From a virus: a stretch of 64,000 bases of DNA. Below the pieces are notes generated by a model, which made no database searches, was not told where the DNA came from, and worked only from the letters and a program-made list of their open reading frames with translations. Positions 30,901-41,400 of the stretch are shown here, piece after piece (position 1 is the first letter of the stretch; each line of letters starts with the position of its first letter). The stretch is from positions 32,348-96,347 of IMG/VR virus record IMGVR_UViG_3300034101_002201, one strand, 5' to 3'. The translations under genes were made by a program, and so were the position numbers.

Positions 30901-31434
30901 ATTAAAATACAATCTTATAGATGTATTTCTGTTACAATCTAGAACAGAATAGTCTATATCAAATGTTATACAACCAGAGGAACTTGTCTGTATTTGGGAC
31001 CACAAAAAGTTGACCGCGAATACTACTTCCGAAGATAATCCGTGTGGAAGACCTTTTTGTATTTTATCAAATCTTTCTTGAAATTCTTTTATATCGCTGG
31101 CAGCAGAACCGCTAGGAGTATACCATAAATTTGATTCACCTCCACCAGATGTGCTTTTAAGATAATAATCTTTTGCAACATTGTCATAAGCCATGATTTG
31201 CAAATCTTCACCATCGCCCAGCAATTTATCTTTTGGAACATCTCCATCAAAGTATTCTGTTATATCTTTTGACAAGATTTTTTCACCAGTTTTACTTTTT
31301 TCTATACCGAAGTTTTCTATACTATTTCTAGTATAAGAAGCCAAACCAATATTTTGTAATACAGCATCATCAACTATGTAAGAATGGTAGTTTTGTACTG
31401 CCCCTCGTCCAGATCTAGCAAAAAAATTGCTCAT
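27967..31434 (-). CDS. putative tail tip/spike protein
   Basis: 1155 aa downstream of hub-like genes; AGGGYAVGDTVT beta repeat typical of virion proteins. Confidence 0.55.
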   Translation of the reverse strand: MSNFFARSGRGAVQNYHSYIVDDAVLQNIGLASYTRNSIENFGIEKSKTGEKILSKDITEYFDGDVPKDKLLGDGEDLQIMAYDNVAKDYYLKSTSGGGESNLWYTPSGSAASDIKEFQERFDKIQKGLPHGLSSEVVFAVNFLWSQIQTSSSGCITFDIDYSVLDCNRNTSIRLYFNAGAKVNTSRGVAHNGASFNIADVPRTAAGLPFSYSESKKLGTGQYALPAEGGAKNPANTVAGKLRTAWNDALGQWEAGTQQMLVRLISDIDGVSLKDLPSNIDDASQYYTGALFLGECKRGSGIPFSVEDSNPNLFGPNIIGCGEKAKVEKIIVTNRTPRSYTKGEIVICSLIGTDWIPMGFGLPKTVTKKFESKLSDIQKYIVQANSFFRDSTDQTQVDFGPITLPLVNYAESVRHKFYRALSGTVNPYFATQIALTSAASGANDLNKIAALNMLNIDPESAKIDDNGAVVVDTDFNKVSNFQKNISFLPSTGYLPVYDADVIPTSIGGNNTNHAQKPYSVLTQTNYSQIPYDEPEFNDHFSVNSRNSWGIYYSDGYTSSSVGRLKNYVDTYTSAGKIPNSFIYTGGDKLDFTAEGQASDPLAEGVSLFQVFDSNLFHLPAQIALNASGNPSLYMPKLWQIDYSKDINYAGAMIDYLKSSPGQKGEWIQDSSGKDLFNLTPVNPNKIQFTALSLNLALCSFQSLGTKVNDRGETESVNGNFADLANTLYYPFGNNERHLFLGNLWKRINVQEQKTLYSENGVNITSRIGFNRYLIDYKTGSIVEPARKDKPDDGPGIFPKWIDPDFTDERSNVVGILAAKQTISLPNGGQLSLITNNHYGYNGYGVVSGGGNNGPDITIIGGMSWSTDTGGTSKTLENVQWGSSGDDNRYDSFGTVGLWAKVYDHCPNTIYDGRYFTPLHFNSNSSKLDFSQPSLSVGIVVTPTTKVEYVKNPIRRNMLLTGGGFTYIQRYLGGYEGADINIEKAGGGYAVGDTVTFAGQVIYEVETIGSNGEITKLKLKEAGEFPSNPFSNFPKGLKGSISRTDGVIAAEIYLKSLKIREKVKKDEEPVLYKQQLLSVKDNNGNGDGDGYVRTSKTTSVALSNNISANTDIGGGKYDIFLFFVNDILCSTENGNGGTYLPFDPYVQYLNLEISAN

Positions 31435-31448
31435 TTTATGTCCTTTTT

Positions 31449-34400
31449 TTATGCTGGCGGTGTAAATTCATCATCATTAATCGTAAAATTTTCGTCTTCA
31501 CAAAGTCTATTTATTGCTCTAAAATCAATAGTTCTATGATTATGTGCTATATTCGAATGAAATGGTTCGTTAGAAAATGGAACATATAAATCTGATAGTC
31601 TTGAAGCACCTGTATTATACATAGCTTGTTCTCTTTGAATATTGCTATCAAATCTATTTGCGGTATCATATATATTAGTTTCTGGTTGCATAGAAACAGA
31701 ATTAGAAGACTGACTAGTTGTACTAGAACCAGCTGAACCAAAATTACCACCAAAATTTCCTAGGGCTGGAGCATATGAAGATGTCTCATATTTTACAACA
31801 GAAGCAACAATATGATCTGATAATATGGGCGGATTTGGTATTATTCCTTCGCTAGCAAACATATTTACAGCACCAACCATATTAACGCTAGTTTGTGCTT
31901 TTCCTATGCCCTTTCTTATAAGAGCATTTCTTTCATCCCTTGATCTTTGTCGTTCTCTACTTATTTTAGAAATAAGATCTTGTTTTTGTTTTTGTAGTTT
32001 GCCAAAACTAGCTGTGTAAAGGTCTAATTTATATGTAGTCTTTAAACCGCCTTCTGATACATCGACTTGCATACTAGTAATAATTGGCCCACCATCAATT
32101 AAAGCTTTACCTAAAGAGCCGGATGGTATAGTTGGAACTACAAATCCTCCGCGTTCAGATAAGAGCATTAAACTATTAGAAAATTCTGCTTGTATTCTTC
32201 CAGCATCCTGCATCAATTGATATCCAGCATAATTCCAAGGTGCTAAATTTTCATCTTTTGAAAACTCTATTCTTCCACCCACCTTAGAATATACAACAGC
32301 TTGAGTATCCAATTGAGAAGAAATCCAAGGTCCATAGCATCTATCGTTAGAAATTAATGGTAATACAACTAAATCTGGATATACTGGAGAAGGCGAAGAC
32401 ATTTGTACTTGTTGAGGTAAAGCAAATTGTAAAGATGCTTTTGCTTTTTTAGAAGCTAACCAAGCTATACTTCTAGCTTCTGCCGAAAACGTTTTACATC
32501 CAATATCTCTTCTTAAAGCATCGCTATCCGGCCCTTTACAAAATGCTGGTTCTGAAAATTCTGGTAAACCTTTTACAACATCCATAGTCAAATAATGTTT
32601 TACACTGTATGCATTATCTTTTTGATTTATTGCATCTCTAAATCTAGAATCTTTGGTCGGTATCGCTTTTCCGGGTAATGTGATTAAAGCATATACATGA
32701 TCAGTATCTAAATCTTCAATTTCAGTTTTTATGATATTAGAATTAAGTGCTGGTTGAAATTTTCTATCAAAGTCTAATGTAGTGACGGGTTCTCCAGCTT
32801 CTATATTCGGGGTATATAGCATTTCAAGGAATCTAAATGAGCTTATAAAGACTCCGGTTCCGGGAACCAAATCTTCTGGACTGTCACCCGGAACATTATT
32901 TTTCCATCCAGAACATGGTACAAAAATTTTCCTAGGTTTTGATGCTTTGATTCTTGGATCACCAACTTGACCATAAACGCTTATTGATCTTTCCTTTGTC
33001 TTGGGTGGCATATAAAAGTTATCGTCTACAGTGCATTTTATGAAAGAACATTGCTGGGGTTTTTCTCTGTCATTATCTTGTCTGTCATCATCGGCGGCTT
33101 CGTAACTTTCAAATTCAGTATTGTCTGCATGAACATTGTCTAAAAATTCACATAGATCTGGAACCATACCTTTAGCAGTAATAAGCTGTTGAGTGAAATC
33201 TTCAGAATTAAAATGGCTAAAGTCTAAATGTTGACTATGATCAAATCTGACATATGCGGATAATCTTCCGTCTTCATTCAAAAAGTTTGTTGCATCTTGT
33301 GGTATCAACATTTGGTTAACAGCTTTAGGAATAACATTGTCAGGCAAGGATTCAATCTGAGCTTTTGTCAGAGTATTTTCATACAATTCAAATGGAAGAT
33401 ATCCACCTAAATTAGTAGGAGAATAATTATATTCGTATTTATCAGATATTGGATTAAAATTAGCCCTCAATGCTCCACCATACTTATTATATATAGGATT
33501 TCCTGAGCCATTTAAAAATCCTTTTATGAAATTGCTTGAGCCGGTTTCGTTGTAGTCTTCTACCAAAGCTTGAGTAAAAGTTGAAGTAAATTCAAAACCC
33601 GGAATAGATGAAAATGCTCTTGGTTTAAATCCAAATGGACCAGACGAATATTCACCATACTGTGGCGATGAATTCCAAGTTATTTCATTACTATATTTTA
33701 AGTTAACCTTATTAGGAATTTTTACCAAAAACTTTTTACCTAAATTTTCATCTGCAATTTTTTTCAAAAAATTGTATACTTTCAAGGCATTTTCTGTTCC
33801 TTTTTTGGCTAATCTAGGCAATACAACATTTATCTTATGCAATGACTCTTCTATTTCATTTAATAGAGCTATATTTGGAGGAGATTGATCTAGAGCTTTT
33901 TTCATCTCATCGTAGTATTGTTTTTCTTGAGGTGTTAATTTAGCATAATTTTCAACTATATCTTCCAAAAAGTTTAATTGCGCTTCTTTTATATCTTGAT
34001 AGTTTGAACCATCAGCACCTCTGACCATTGCAACCCCATCTATCATATGAGTAATGGCAGATTGCAAAGTTGTTAGCCCACCTTCTGGAATACCAAGTCT
34101 ACTCATACGTTTATAATACAGTGGATATCCATATGGTGGATTACATGGACTTTTAGGCAATTCATCTTCATCAAATGGAGAACCTCCACCACTAACATAA
34201 GTATCAAATACAGATCTAGGAACAGTAACAGCATAGTTATTTGAAATATTAACTGGAACGTTAGCAAAAGATGGTGTTTGACTTAAAGCTGCACCTTCGG
34301 CAACATCGCTGTCTTCTATACTTTCTAAATAAGTATCGTTATATTGTTTTAAAAAGTCTTTCCAGCATTCATATGATATAGATGCACATCTTAATTCCAT

Positions 34401-36221
34401 TTCTGTGGCTACATAATATGCTCCTACGCCTTGAGCATTTAATCCAGTTGTATCTAATAATATTTGTTGGTATGATCCCCAACCCTTTGGTATTGTAACA
34501 GCATTTTTACCTAAAGTACCATAATATGGTAAAATTTGTTGTTCCAATTGCGTAGACAGTCTCCACTGAGATGGCGAAGATTCTGCATCGGTTTCCGCCC
34601 CCCTTCTTTTCCTTACCGATACAAAATCTCTATCAGCATTGGCAGAAAAACAATACATATCTACTTCTTGCGCACCAACTACAAATTTATCAGTTGTTAT
34701 ATTTGATAGTTCGTATCCAACATCTTGATTTTCTACTTCAACACCCATAGCTAATAAATTATCAAGAAAAGATTTAATAGCACCATATTTAGGTGGTTTT
34801 GATCTATCTATACTATCTACTCTAATTATTCCAGCTATTATATCTTGCGGTAATGCAGATTTATTGTAGTCATATATATATTGACAAGCGGGGTGGTCAA
34901 TGATTGGCAAAAGCGTAACAAATAGATCTCTGCTTACAACATCGCAAATCTCTAAACAAAAATCTAATATACTTATTTGATCAAAATCAATAAAATAAAA
35001 TGGAGGTAAAGCTGGTAGACCGCTAAAATCAACGACGTAATTGTATCCTCTGAAGTTTATCTTCCCTCCAAAACTATTATTTTTATACTCTTGTGGCAAT
35101 GCAATGTCAATTTCCATCAGAGCTTTAATAGCTTGAGATACTCTATAAAATGGCATACCCTGAGTACTTCTTCTAGCAAAACCAGTACCAGTTATAGGAA
35201 ATGACGTATTTGATGATCCAAAACTTCCAGTTTTAGATGAATAATACGTATCATTGTTGGTATATACAAATGTTCCAGAAGTTGGATGTACGGTCTTTTT
35301 TAAGACACCGCTTTCTGGCAACAAGTTTTTTATTTCGTCTATAGTTTCTTGAGAAGCATTATATTCCAAAAAACCATATAGATTAATAATATTTTGTGTA
35401 CCGTAAACACTACCGGCATAATTATTAAAAATTAAAATTGCATTAGATAAAATTTCGCGTGGATCTACAACCTGTACGGAAAATAGAGGATTACCATTTG
35501 AGCCTCTGTTTTGCAAATAAGATTGTAGGATACCACCAAATACTATATGATTTTCTCCTCGCCTGTCGTTGCCGGGGGCTAAGTAAGAAGACAAATCAAC
35601 AGCTTGGCCAGTGTCTGTATCTACAAAATTATTATTTGGTAAAGATTGTATAGAATTATTTACTAAGTCACCATATGTTGGAAATGGAAATGGCGCGGGG
35701 CCAACTCCAGTATATGTGCTAACGCCATTATTATATAGATCATCAAAAGTTTTTCTATATGTCTGTTCAACGGTAGCCAAATTTGCACCAAATTTAAAAA
35801 ATACTGGAGATCCTGCTATTGGTGGTGCAAATTGATCATGAACTCCATTATGATATACATCATCACCAAGACCTTGAGGGGTTGCGTCAGATCTATTAAA
35901 TTCATCATTTATTAATTCGACTGATAACGTAGAACTGGTATCTCCAAATCCACCATTCATACTAAAACTGCGCACTGACGCACCAAGAAATGTTTGCTGT
36001 TGTAATCCCCTGTTTTGAAGAGTCCATCCACCAACCGATAGACTTTGTGGTATAACAAGTCCAGCAGAAGGCCAGCTTGGACCGTAATATCCAGAAGATT
36101 GAATTATACTATTATTATTAATACCATTATATGCCTCTGTGACTTGATTGGATTGATAGGAGGGATCAAGTTGAACAGGGACTGTAACGGGGTTAACTTC
36201 TGGAACTGGATCTATAGACAT
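31449..36221 (-). CDS. putative baseplate hub / central tail-tip protein
   Basis: 1590 aa; SFSMNGGFG..SSTLSVEL, IVFGGILQ and C-terminal ITSMQVDVSEGGLKTTYKL + coiled coil, as in hub proteins; downstream of the TMP. Confidence 0.55.
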   Translation of the reverse strand: MSIDPVPEVNPVTVPVQLDPSYQSNQVTEAYNGINNNSIIQSSGYYGPSWPSAGLVIPQSLSVGGWTLQNRGLQQQTFLGASVRSFSMNGGFGDTSSTLSVELINDEFNRSDATPQGLGDDVYHNGVHDQFAPPIAGSPVFFKFGANLATVEQTYRKTFDDLYNNGVSTYTGVGPAPFPFPTYGDLVNNSIQSLPNNNFVDTDTGQAVDLSSYLAPGNDRRGENHIVFGGILQSYLQNRGSNGNPLFSVQVVDPREILSNAILIFNNYAGSVYGTQNIINLYGFLEYNASQETIDEIKNLLPESGVLKKTVHPTSGTFVYTNNDTYYSSKTGSFGSSNTSFPITGTGFARRSTQGMPFYRVSQAIKALMEIDIALPQEYKNNSFGGKINFRGYNYVVDFSGLPALPPFYFIDFDQISILDFCLEICDVVSRDLFVTLLPIIDHPACQYIYDYNKSALPQDIIAGIIRVDSIDRSKPPKYGAIKSFLDNLLAMGVEVENQDVGYELSNITTDKFVVGAQEVDMYCFSANADRDFVSVRKRRGAETDAESSPSQWRLSTQLEQQILPYYGTLGKNAVTIPKGWGSYQQILLDTTGLNAQGVGAYYVATEMELRCASISYECWKDFLKQYNDTYLESIEDSDVAEGAALSQTPSFANVPVNISNNYAVTVPRSVFDTYVSGGGSPFDEDELPKSPCNPPYGYPLYYKRMSRLGIPEGGLTTLQSAITHMIDGVAMVRGADGSNYQDIKEAQLNFLEDIVENYAKLTPQEKQYYDEMKKALDQSPPNIALLNEIEESLHKINVVLPRLAKKGTENALKVYNFLKKIADENLGKKFLVKIPNKVNLKYSNEITWNSSPQYGEYSSGPFGFKPRAFSSIPGFEFTSTFTQALVEDYNETGSSNFIKGFLNGSGNPIYNKYGGALRANFNPISDKYEYNYSPTNLGGYLPFELYENTLTKAQIESLPDNVIPKAVNQMLIPQDATNFLNEDGRLSAYVRFDHSQHLDFSHFNSEDFTQQLITAKGMVPDLCEFLDNVHADNTEFESYEAADDDRQDNDREKPQQCSFIKCTVDDNFYMPPKTKERSISVYGQVGDPRIKASKPRKIFVPCSGWKNNVPGDSPEDLVPGTGVFISSFRFLEMLYTPNIEAGEPVTTLDFDRKFQPALNSNIIKTEIEDLDTDHVYALITLPGKAIPTKDSRFRDAINQKDNAYSVKHYLTMDVVKGLPEFSEPAFCKGPDSDALRRDIGCKTFSAEARSIAWLASKKAKASLQFALPQQVQMSSPSPVYPDLVVLPLISNDRCYGPWISSQLDTQAVVYSKVGGRIEFSKDENLAPWNYAGYQLMQDAGRIQAEFSNSLMLLSERGGFVVPTIPSGSLGKALIDGGPIITSMQVDVSEGGLKTTYKLDLYTASFGKLQKQKQDLISKISRERQRSRDERNALIRKGIGKAQTSVNMVGAVNMFASEGIIPNPPILSDHIVASVVKYETSSYAPALGNFGGNFGSAGSSTTSQSSNSVSMQPETNIYDTANRFDSNIQREQAMYNTGASRLSDLYVPFSNEPFHSNIAHNHRTIDFRAINRLCEDENFTINDDEFTPPA

Positions 36222-36235
36222 TATTATCCTCTATT

Positions 36236-36628
36236 TTAACGATACTGTCTACTGTAAATTTCAAATCTGACGGAAGCCTCCTGCAAAAAAGACCAAACAT
36301 TAATCTTTAAAGCATTAGATTCTCCAGCCACGCCAAAATCAGACATGGCATTTCCAGCCGATGCAGAATTACTAGAATAATGTATGTATGGGTTAAAAAG
36401 ACTAAAATCATTTATCCCATAATAATTGTTTACTTGTCTAGAATAATTACCATTAGATAAATCTGTATTTTCAGAAAAATTTAAACCATTTGGGGCTACT
36501 ATACTACGACCAACAAATGTTGCTTTAGGTTGTGGAGTAGTGGTAGTATCAGTTCCATCTACTGCCCCAAGTAAAATATGTGAAACATCAAACGGCTCAT
36601 TTAATTGATTTTCGCTATATGTTGGCAT
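36236..36628 (-). CDS. hypothetical tail-associated protein
   Basis: 130-aa ORF tightly packed in the tail operon. Confidence 0.6.
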   Translation of the reverse strand: MPTYSENQLNEPFDVSHILLGAVDGTDTTTTPQPKATFVGRSIVAPNGLNFSENTDLSNGNYSRQVNNYYGINDFSLFNPYIHYSSNSASAGNAMSDFGVAGESNALKINVWSFLQEASVRFEIYSRQYR

Positions 36629-36630
36629 GA

Positions 36631-38499
36631 TTATCTATTAAGCTCATAGGTCCAATTTAAATTTAAAGAGTATCTTCCGGCTTGAGCGTCCCAAGTTTCA
36701 GTTGGTGGAGAAAGAAAATATTTTCTTATTCCATATTCCTTAGCTGGGCTATAAGCTGATATTAAATTGTTTATTTGGGATCTAAAAGGATCATTTAAAG
36801 TTGGTTTTGATAGAACGGAAAAAGTTCTTATCCTGTCAACCAAATTTGTGCTAACGCCAGAATTATAATATGTATCAAATACTAGTTCTATACTTAGATT
36901 ACGCTGATATTCTGTTCTACCACCGATGTATTGTAAAACTGGTCCAGTTTGCCTACCTAAAACCGGTATAACGGCAAAAACATCTCCGGGATAAGTATCA
37001 GAATAGTTTACATTAGAAGATATTACACCGCTAATACTTTCAGATAATAATGGGCTTCTATTGTCGTACTCAAAGCTATAGGATATTTCTCCTAAAAACT
37101 CATTAGCATTTATACTAATTGATAGTGGCTGTGGATTTAAAACCACAGATGTAGTATTTTGTGCGCGTTTATAAACATAAGAATTAATACCATACATTCC
37201 ACCGCCAGTTATTTGATGTAATTTATTTCTCGCATTAGCATATGCATTATTAAATAATGAATTATGTGGTAAATCATTTCCGCCACCATATATTGTTGCC
37301 GACGCGGATTTGCTGCTTAAACCTTTAATATTTCCTTCAATAGAAACTTTTGTTAAAGTTTTGGTCCTAGCATCGTCACTTAATACTCTAGATAAATTTA
37401 ATCTATAATCTTCGTATGCTGAATCTTGAGATAAGATCCAAGAATCAGAAACAGTATAAGATCCGCCCGTTTGATCTATTGATTCTGTTCGTGAGTGATT
37501 AAATCCTCCATACTTGCTAGTTGCTAAATTTAATAAATTCTTTCCAAAATATGAATTTAAATCATTATCTTTAAAATCTGGATATTGTTCATATCCAGAA
37601 CTATTATTTCCACTATTTTGATCTCTATCTTTTAGTATAACTTTAAATATAAAGTCTCTGGCTTGTTTCCAAGCTGGCATACTCTCATTTTGAGTATGCA
37701 TTGTACGCCCGGTGGCAGTGACATTTCTAGTTAATCTATAACCTCTTATAGATTTAATATGATTTTGTGGATTATACGCATAAAAAACATTAGATGTATC
37801 TGTATTTCCTTTTCCCTCTTCTGGCTCTATTGACCAACTCTCGCTATAATCTTCTACAAATCCTCCGTATGTATCAATTTGTGTATTTATATTTTGTCTG
37901 GTATACTGTTGATTCATCAAATGATCGTCAAGATTATTAGAAGTTGAAGTAATCATACTAGGTGTTATTAATCCATCAGAAATAATATTTTCTGAACCGT
38001 CTAGTAAAACTTCTGCTCGTAAGTTTATTGTATATCTACATAAATCAGTATATCCACCTTCTTCAAAACTTATAGACTGAACGGTTGGATAAAAAATTAA
38101 AACTGGCTCATCACTCAAGCTACTTGGTGTATTTAATTCAGAGTCTAATGAGGCTGGATATAATTCAACTTTCTGACCATCATTTTTAAACAATTCTCGT
38201 AATAAATTTTGTTTTACTATGATAGATGACATAGCGTGGGCTAAATCTACCATTTCCCTAGCTGGTCTAGTATAATTTGCAGTAAAAGAACCAACCGGAG
38301 ATGCTGGGCCGGTATGTAAGCTTCCGCCACCGGTTATATAATACGGTGATCCTTGATCTGGTAATATTGTACCATTTAAAACAATATCATAAAAACTACC
38401 TAAAACACCATTTTTGTTTCTAATGGCATTTTGAGTGATAGAAATAAATGGCACCGGCCTTATAACACACTGATTGGTGTTTTGGTATACTACTAGCAT
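36631..38499 (-). CDS. putative distal tail protein
   Basis: Repeated beta-strand units (ESWSIE, TESIDQTGGSYTVSDSW, TETWDAQAGRYSLNLNWTYE); position in the tail operon. Confidence 0.5.
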   Translation of the reverse strand: MLVVYQNTNQCVIRPVPFISITQNAIRNKNGVLGSFYDIVLNGTILPDQGSPYYITGGGSLHTGPASPVGSFTANYTRPAREMVDLAHAMSSIIVKQNLLRELFKNDGQKVELYPASLDSELNTPSSLSDEPVLIFYPTVQSISFEEGGYTDLCRYTINLRAEVLLDGSENIISDGLITPSMITSTSNNLDDHLMNQQYTRQNINTQIDTYGGFVEDYSESWSIEPEEGKGNTDTSNVFYAYNPQNHIKSIRGYRLTRNVTATGRTMHTQNESMPAWKQARDFIFKVILKDRDQNSGNNSSGYEQYPDFKDNDLNSYFGKNLLNLATSKYGGFNHSRTESIDQTGGSYTVSDSWILSQDSAYEDYRLNLSRVLSDDARTKTLTKVSIEGNIKGLSSKSASATIYGGGNDLPHNSLFNNAYANARNKLHQITGGGMYGINSYVYKRAQNTTSVVLNPQPLSISINANEFLGEISYSFEYDNRSPLLSESISGVISSNVNYSDTYPGDVFAVIPVLGRQTGPVLQYIGGRTEYQRNLSIELVFDTYYNSGVSTNLVDRIRTFSVLSKPTLNDPFRSQINNLISAYSPAKEYGIRKYFLSPPTETWDAQAGRYSLNLNWTYELNR

Positions 38500-41400
38500 T
38501 ATTTTCCTCTGATACGTAATGGTAATGATTCAGAAATAATCGTTGTCCCGCTAGTCACAAGCATTAATCCAGATTCAGATATGCTTCTTGGGTATCCGCT
38601 TGCAAACATGGATAATCCAGACGGCATTGCGCCAGAAGCGAAGCCTAATATTGCACTATTATACATTCCTAATGTATTATACACATTTGCCGACACATCT
38701 ACTCTGGTATATAGGGGTAATGAACTACTTGGCAAAGCGTTGGTTCCAAAAGAATACAATAGAAGACCTGTTTTCTTAGGGGTGCCAGACTTGTATTCAC
38801 CAATTACTGCCTCTATATATGGTCTATGTGTTATAAAGCTTTGCGTAGAAGGATCTTGACCAGAAACCTCTAAAAATATATATCCATCTTTTGTTGCGTA
38901 AACATCATTAGATGTAATAACAGGTACATTGGGATCACCCGCATTATAGAATTTAATTCTAGCTTCTTTATTTTCACTTACTTTATCACCAAAGACTCTA
39001 CCCTCTATCCAAGCATTTTCATTTCTGGTAGATGGCGGATTTTGTCTTAACATTATATCTTTGTCATAAACAATGCCAGATGTATTCCAATATTCATTAC
39101 CAACAAATATAGTATAATCAGCATCACTTCTGTAAGGTCTAGTAAGATATACATTTGAGCCATATTGTTCATTTTCAAGTCTACTTGGCGATGTGTCTTT
39201 TTCAACGAATTTCCAATCTCTAGCTCTCCTATTTGCCCAATCAGAAAATCCATACTCATATGTATAAACTGCCCCAGCTTTTGGTATATATGAATATTGT
39301 TGATTACCATAGTTTTGTCTATTTCCAGAAATACCAAGATCTATTACCTGTCTTGTAGTAATGTCAAAGGATTCATCAAAGTACTTTCTACCAAACTCTC
39401 CTCTTGTAATAATTTGTTCATTTCCATATGAATGACCGGGAGCGCCAATAAGCATTATGTCATTATTTAAATACAATGACTCTCCAAATCTATCAGATAC
39501 AATTGACACTCCGCTATTTTGTCCCATCAATGAATCTGGTTTTAATTTTTTAACGCACTGCCAAGAAATATTTACATCATCAACACCAGATCCATTCCCA
39601 GTTTTTTCAAAGACATATACAGCACCACCGCCACCATTCTTTCCTAACGATAATTGACTTGTTGTACTCCAAGGATTTATATTTTCTGATTTAAATGCCG
39701 AGAATGGAGAACCAATAATAACTTTATTTTCTTGTATGGAAACAGAATAACCAAATAAATCTCCGGGATATAGATCTGGAATTTTATCTAAATCCATATA
39801 ATCATATCCTTTATCTTTCAATAGTTCTGGTAATCCACCATCAATTGTGGCATCAACATAAAGATTACCACCTATTACTCCACTAAATCGTGGATACATA
39901 CATCCAGTTTGTAAAATACTTGCGAAGAAACCACTGATAAATTCATTTTTTGTTTCTTCTATTTCTTTTTGATCTGTCAAATCTGCCCAAGGTATATCTG
40001 GTCTATCTGTGACGTATTCAGAATTATAAGTACTTTCTTTATTATTTATGTGAGAGTAGCTTGGACTTCCAAATGACGAATTACCACGGAAGAAAGATAC
40101 TAAACTTTGCATACTATTATCATTAATAAAGTATTTAGCTGGACTTCCTCTTTCTGGAGAAATTAATTTAGTTTGAACATTATATTGTCTACCTAATATA
40201 TCTGTTGGTGCAAAATAAGTTTCTGGATACAAACTTCGTATAAAGCGTCCAGCGTCCTGTCTAAACACGCCTTCCGAATCTACCAAGAATTGACCTTGAA
40301 TTAAATTAGGATCAGATAATAATGTAATTCTAGATCTATTATATCCAGCCTCAAATGATGACCAGATTTCTAATTCTTGTGCGGCGACTACTGGCCCATC
40401 ATCTATTAAATTAAGACTAAGACCTTCTAGTTCACACAGTTCTGTGGAACTGCAATATTTAGCACATTCTGTACTAATAGGTCGAATAACTTCTATCTCT
40501 GATGTACTGCTAGGAATACGATCAGATATCTTCTGTTGCTCATATCCAACTACAACATCATACTCAGAAAATCCTACAACATTTCTGGTAGATATCATAG
40601 CTCCAGATATTCCAACAAGTCTAGTTGTTCTTGGTCTAGGTTCAGATACTAAATTAAGGCTATTGGTATATCTAGTATTGCATCCAATGTAGATGTTGAT
40701 TTCACTAACATTTTCTGCCACTTGCACTTGTAGAGTTTCTTCTGTATCTGCCGGTAGTACGAAGGCAAATGCTGGCGTAAGTGTTTCTCCACTAATATAA
40801 TCTCCATTATCATTTATATAAGATAATGAAGATTGCTCTGGAAAGCTTGTATCTGGACAGGGGTGACGGGGAGTTCTAAATACATTTTCTATAACAACAT
40901 ATAGTGGCACTCTTTCTGTTGGAGTTTCTTGCAAGGTTTTAAAATATAATTCATATCCAGAGCAAGCAACGACGGGAAAAGATACCTTACAAAATCCTGT
41001 ACGCATTTCCCAAAAATCATTTACTGCTATTTTTGGTACAAGATCATTTACAGGAGAATATGAATAAGCTAATGGGATAGAACTTGGTCCTAATTTTATC
41101 GGTGTAAAGTCTATTCTTCCATTCATTATAGGATCTTGAGACTCTCCAAATGAAACAAATGGTCTAAATTTACTAATGTAACTATCAGAATTAAGACCTA
41201 GAGAAAAATCTTGTACAGAAGCATACTTGTCTAAATAGTTCAAATATATTGGTTTCATTTGAACATTAAGTGCGGTCAATAATTTTTCTATATTTTTAAT
41301 ACTTGATATGTTTTGATCATATGTAATAACTAATTTTTTATTCAAACTAGTTGTCCTACTATTTCCCTTTAACCACAATTTAATAGCTTGTAATTCATCT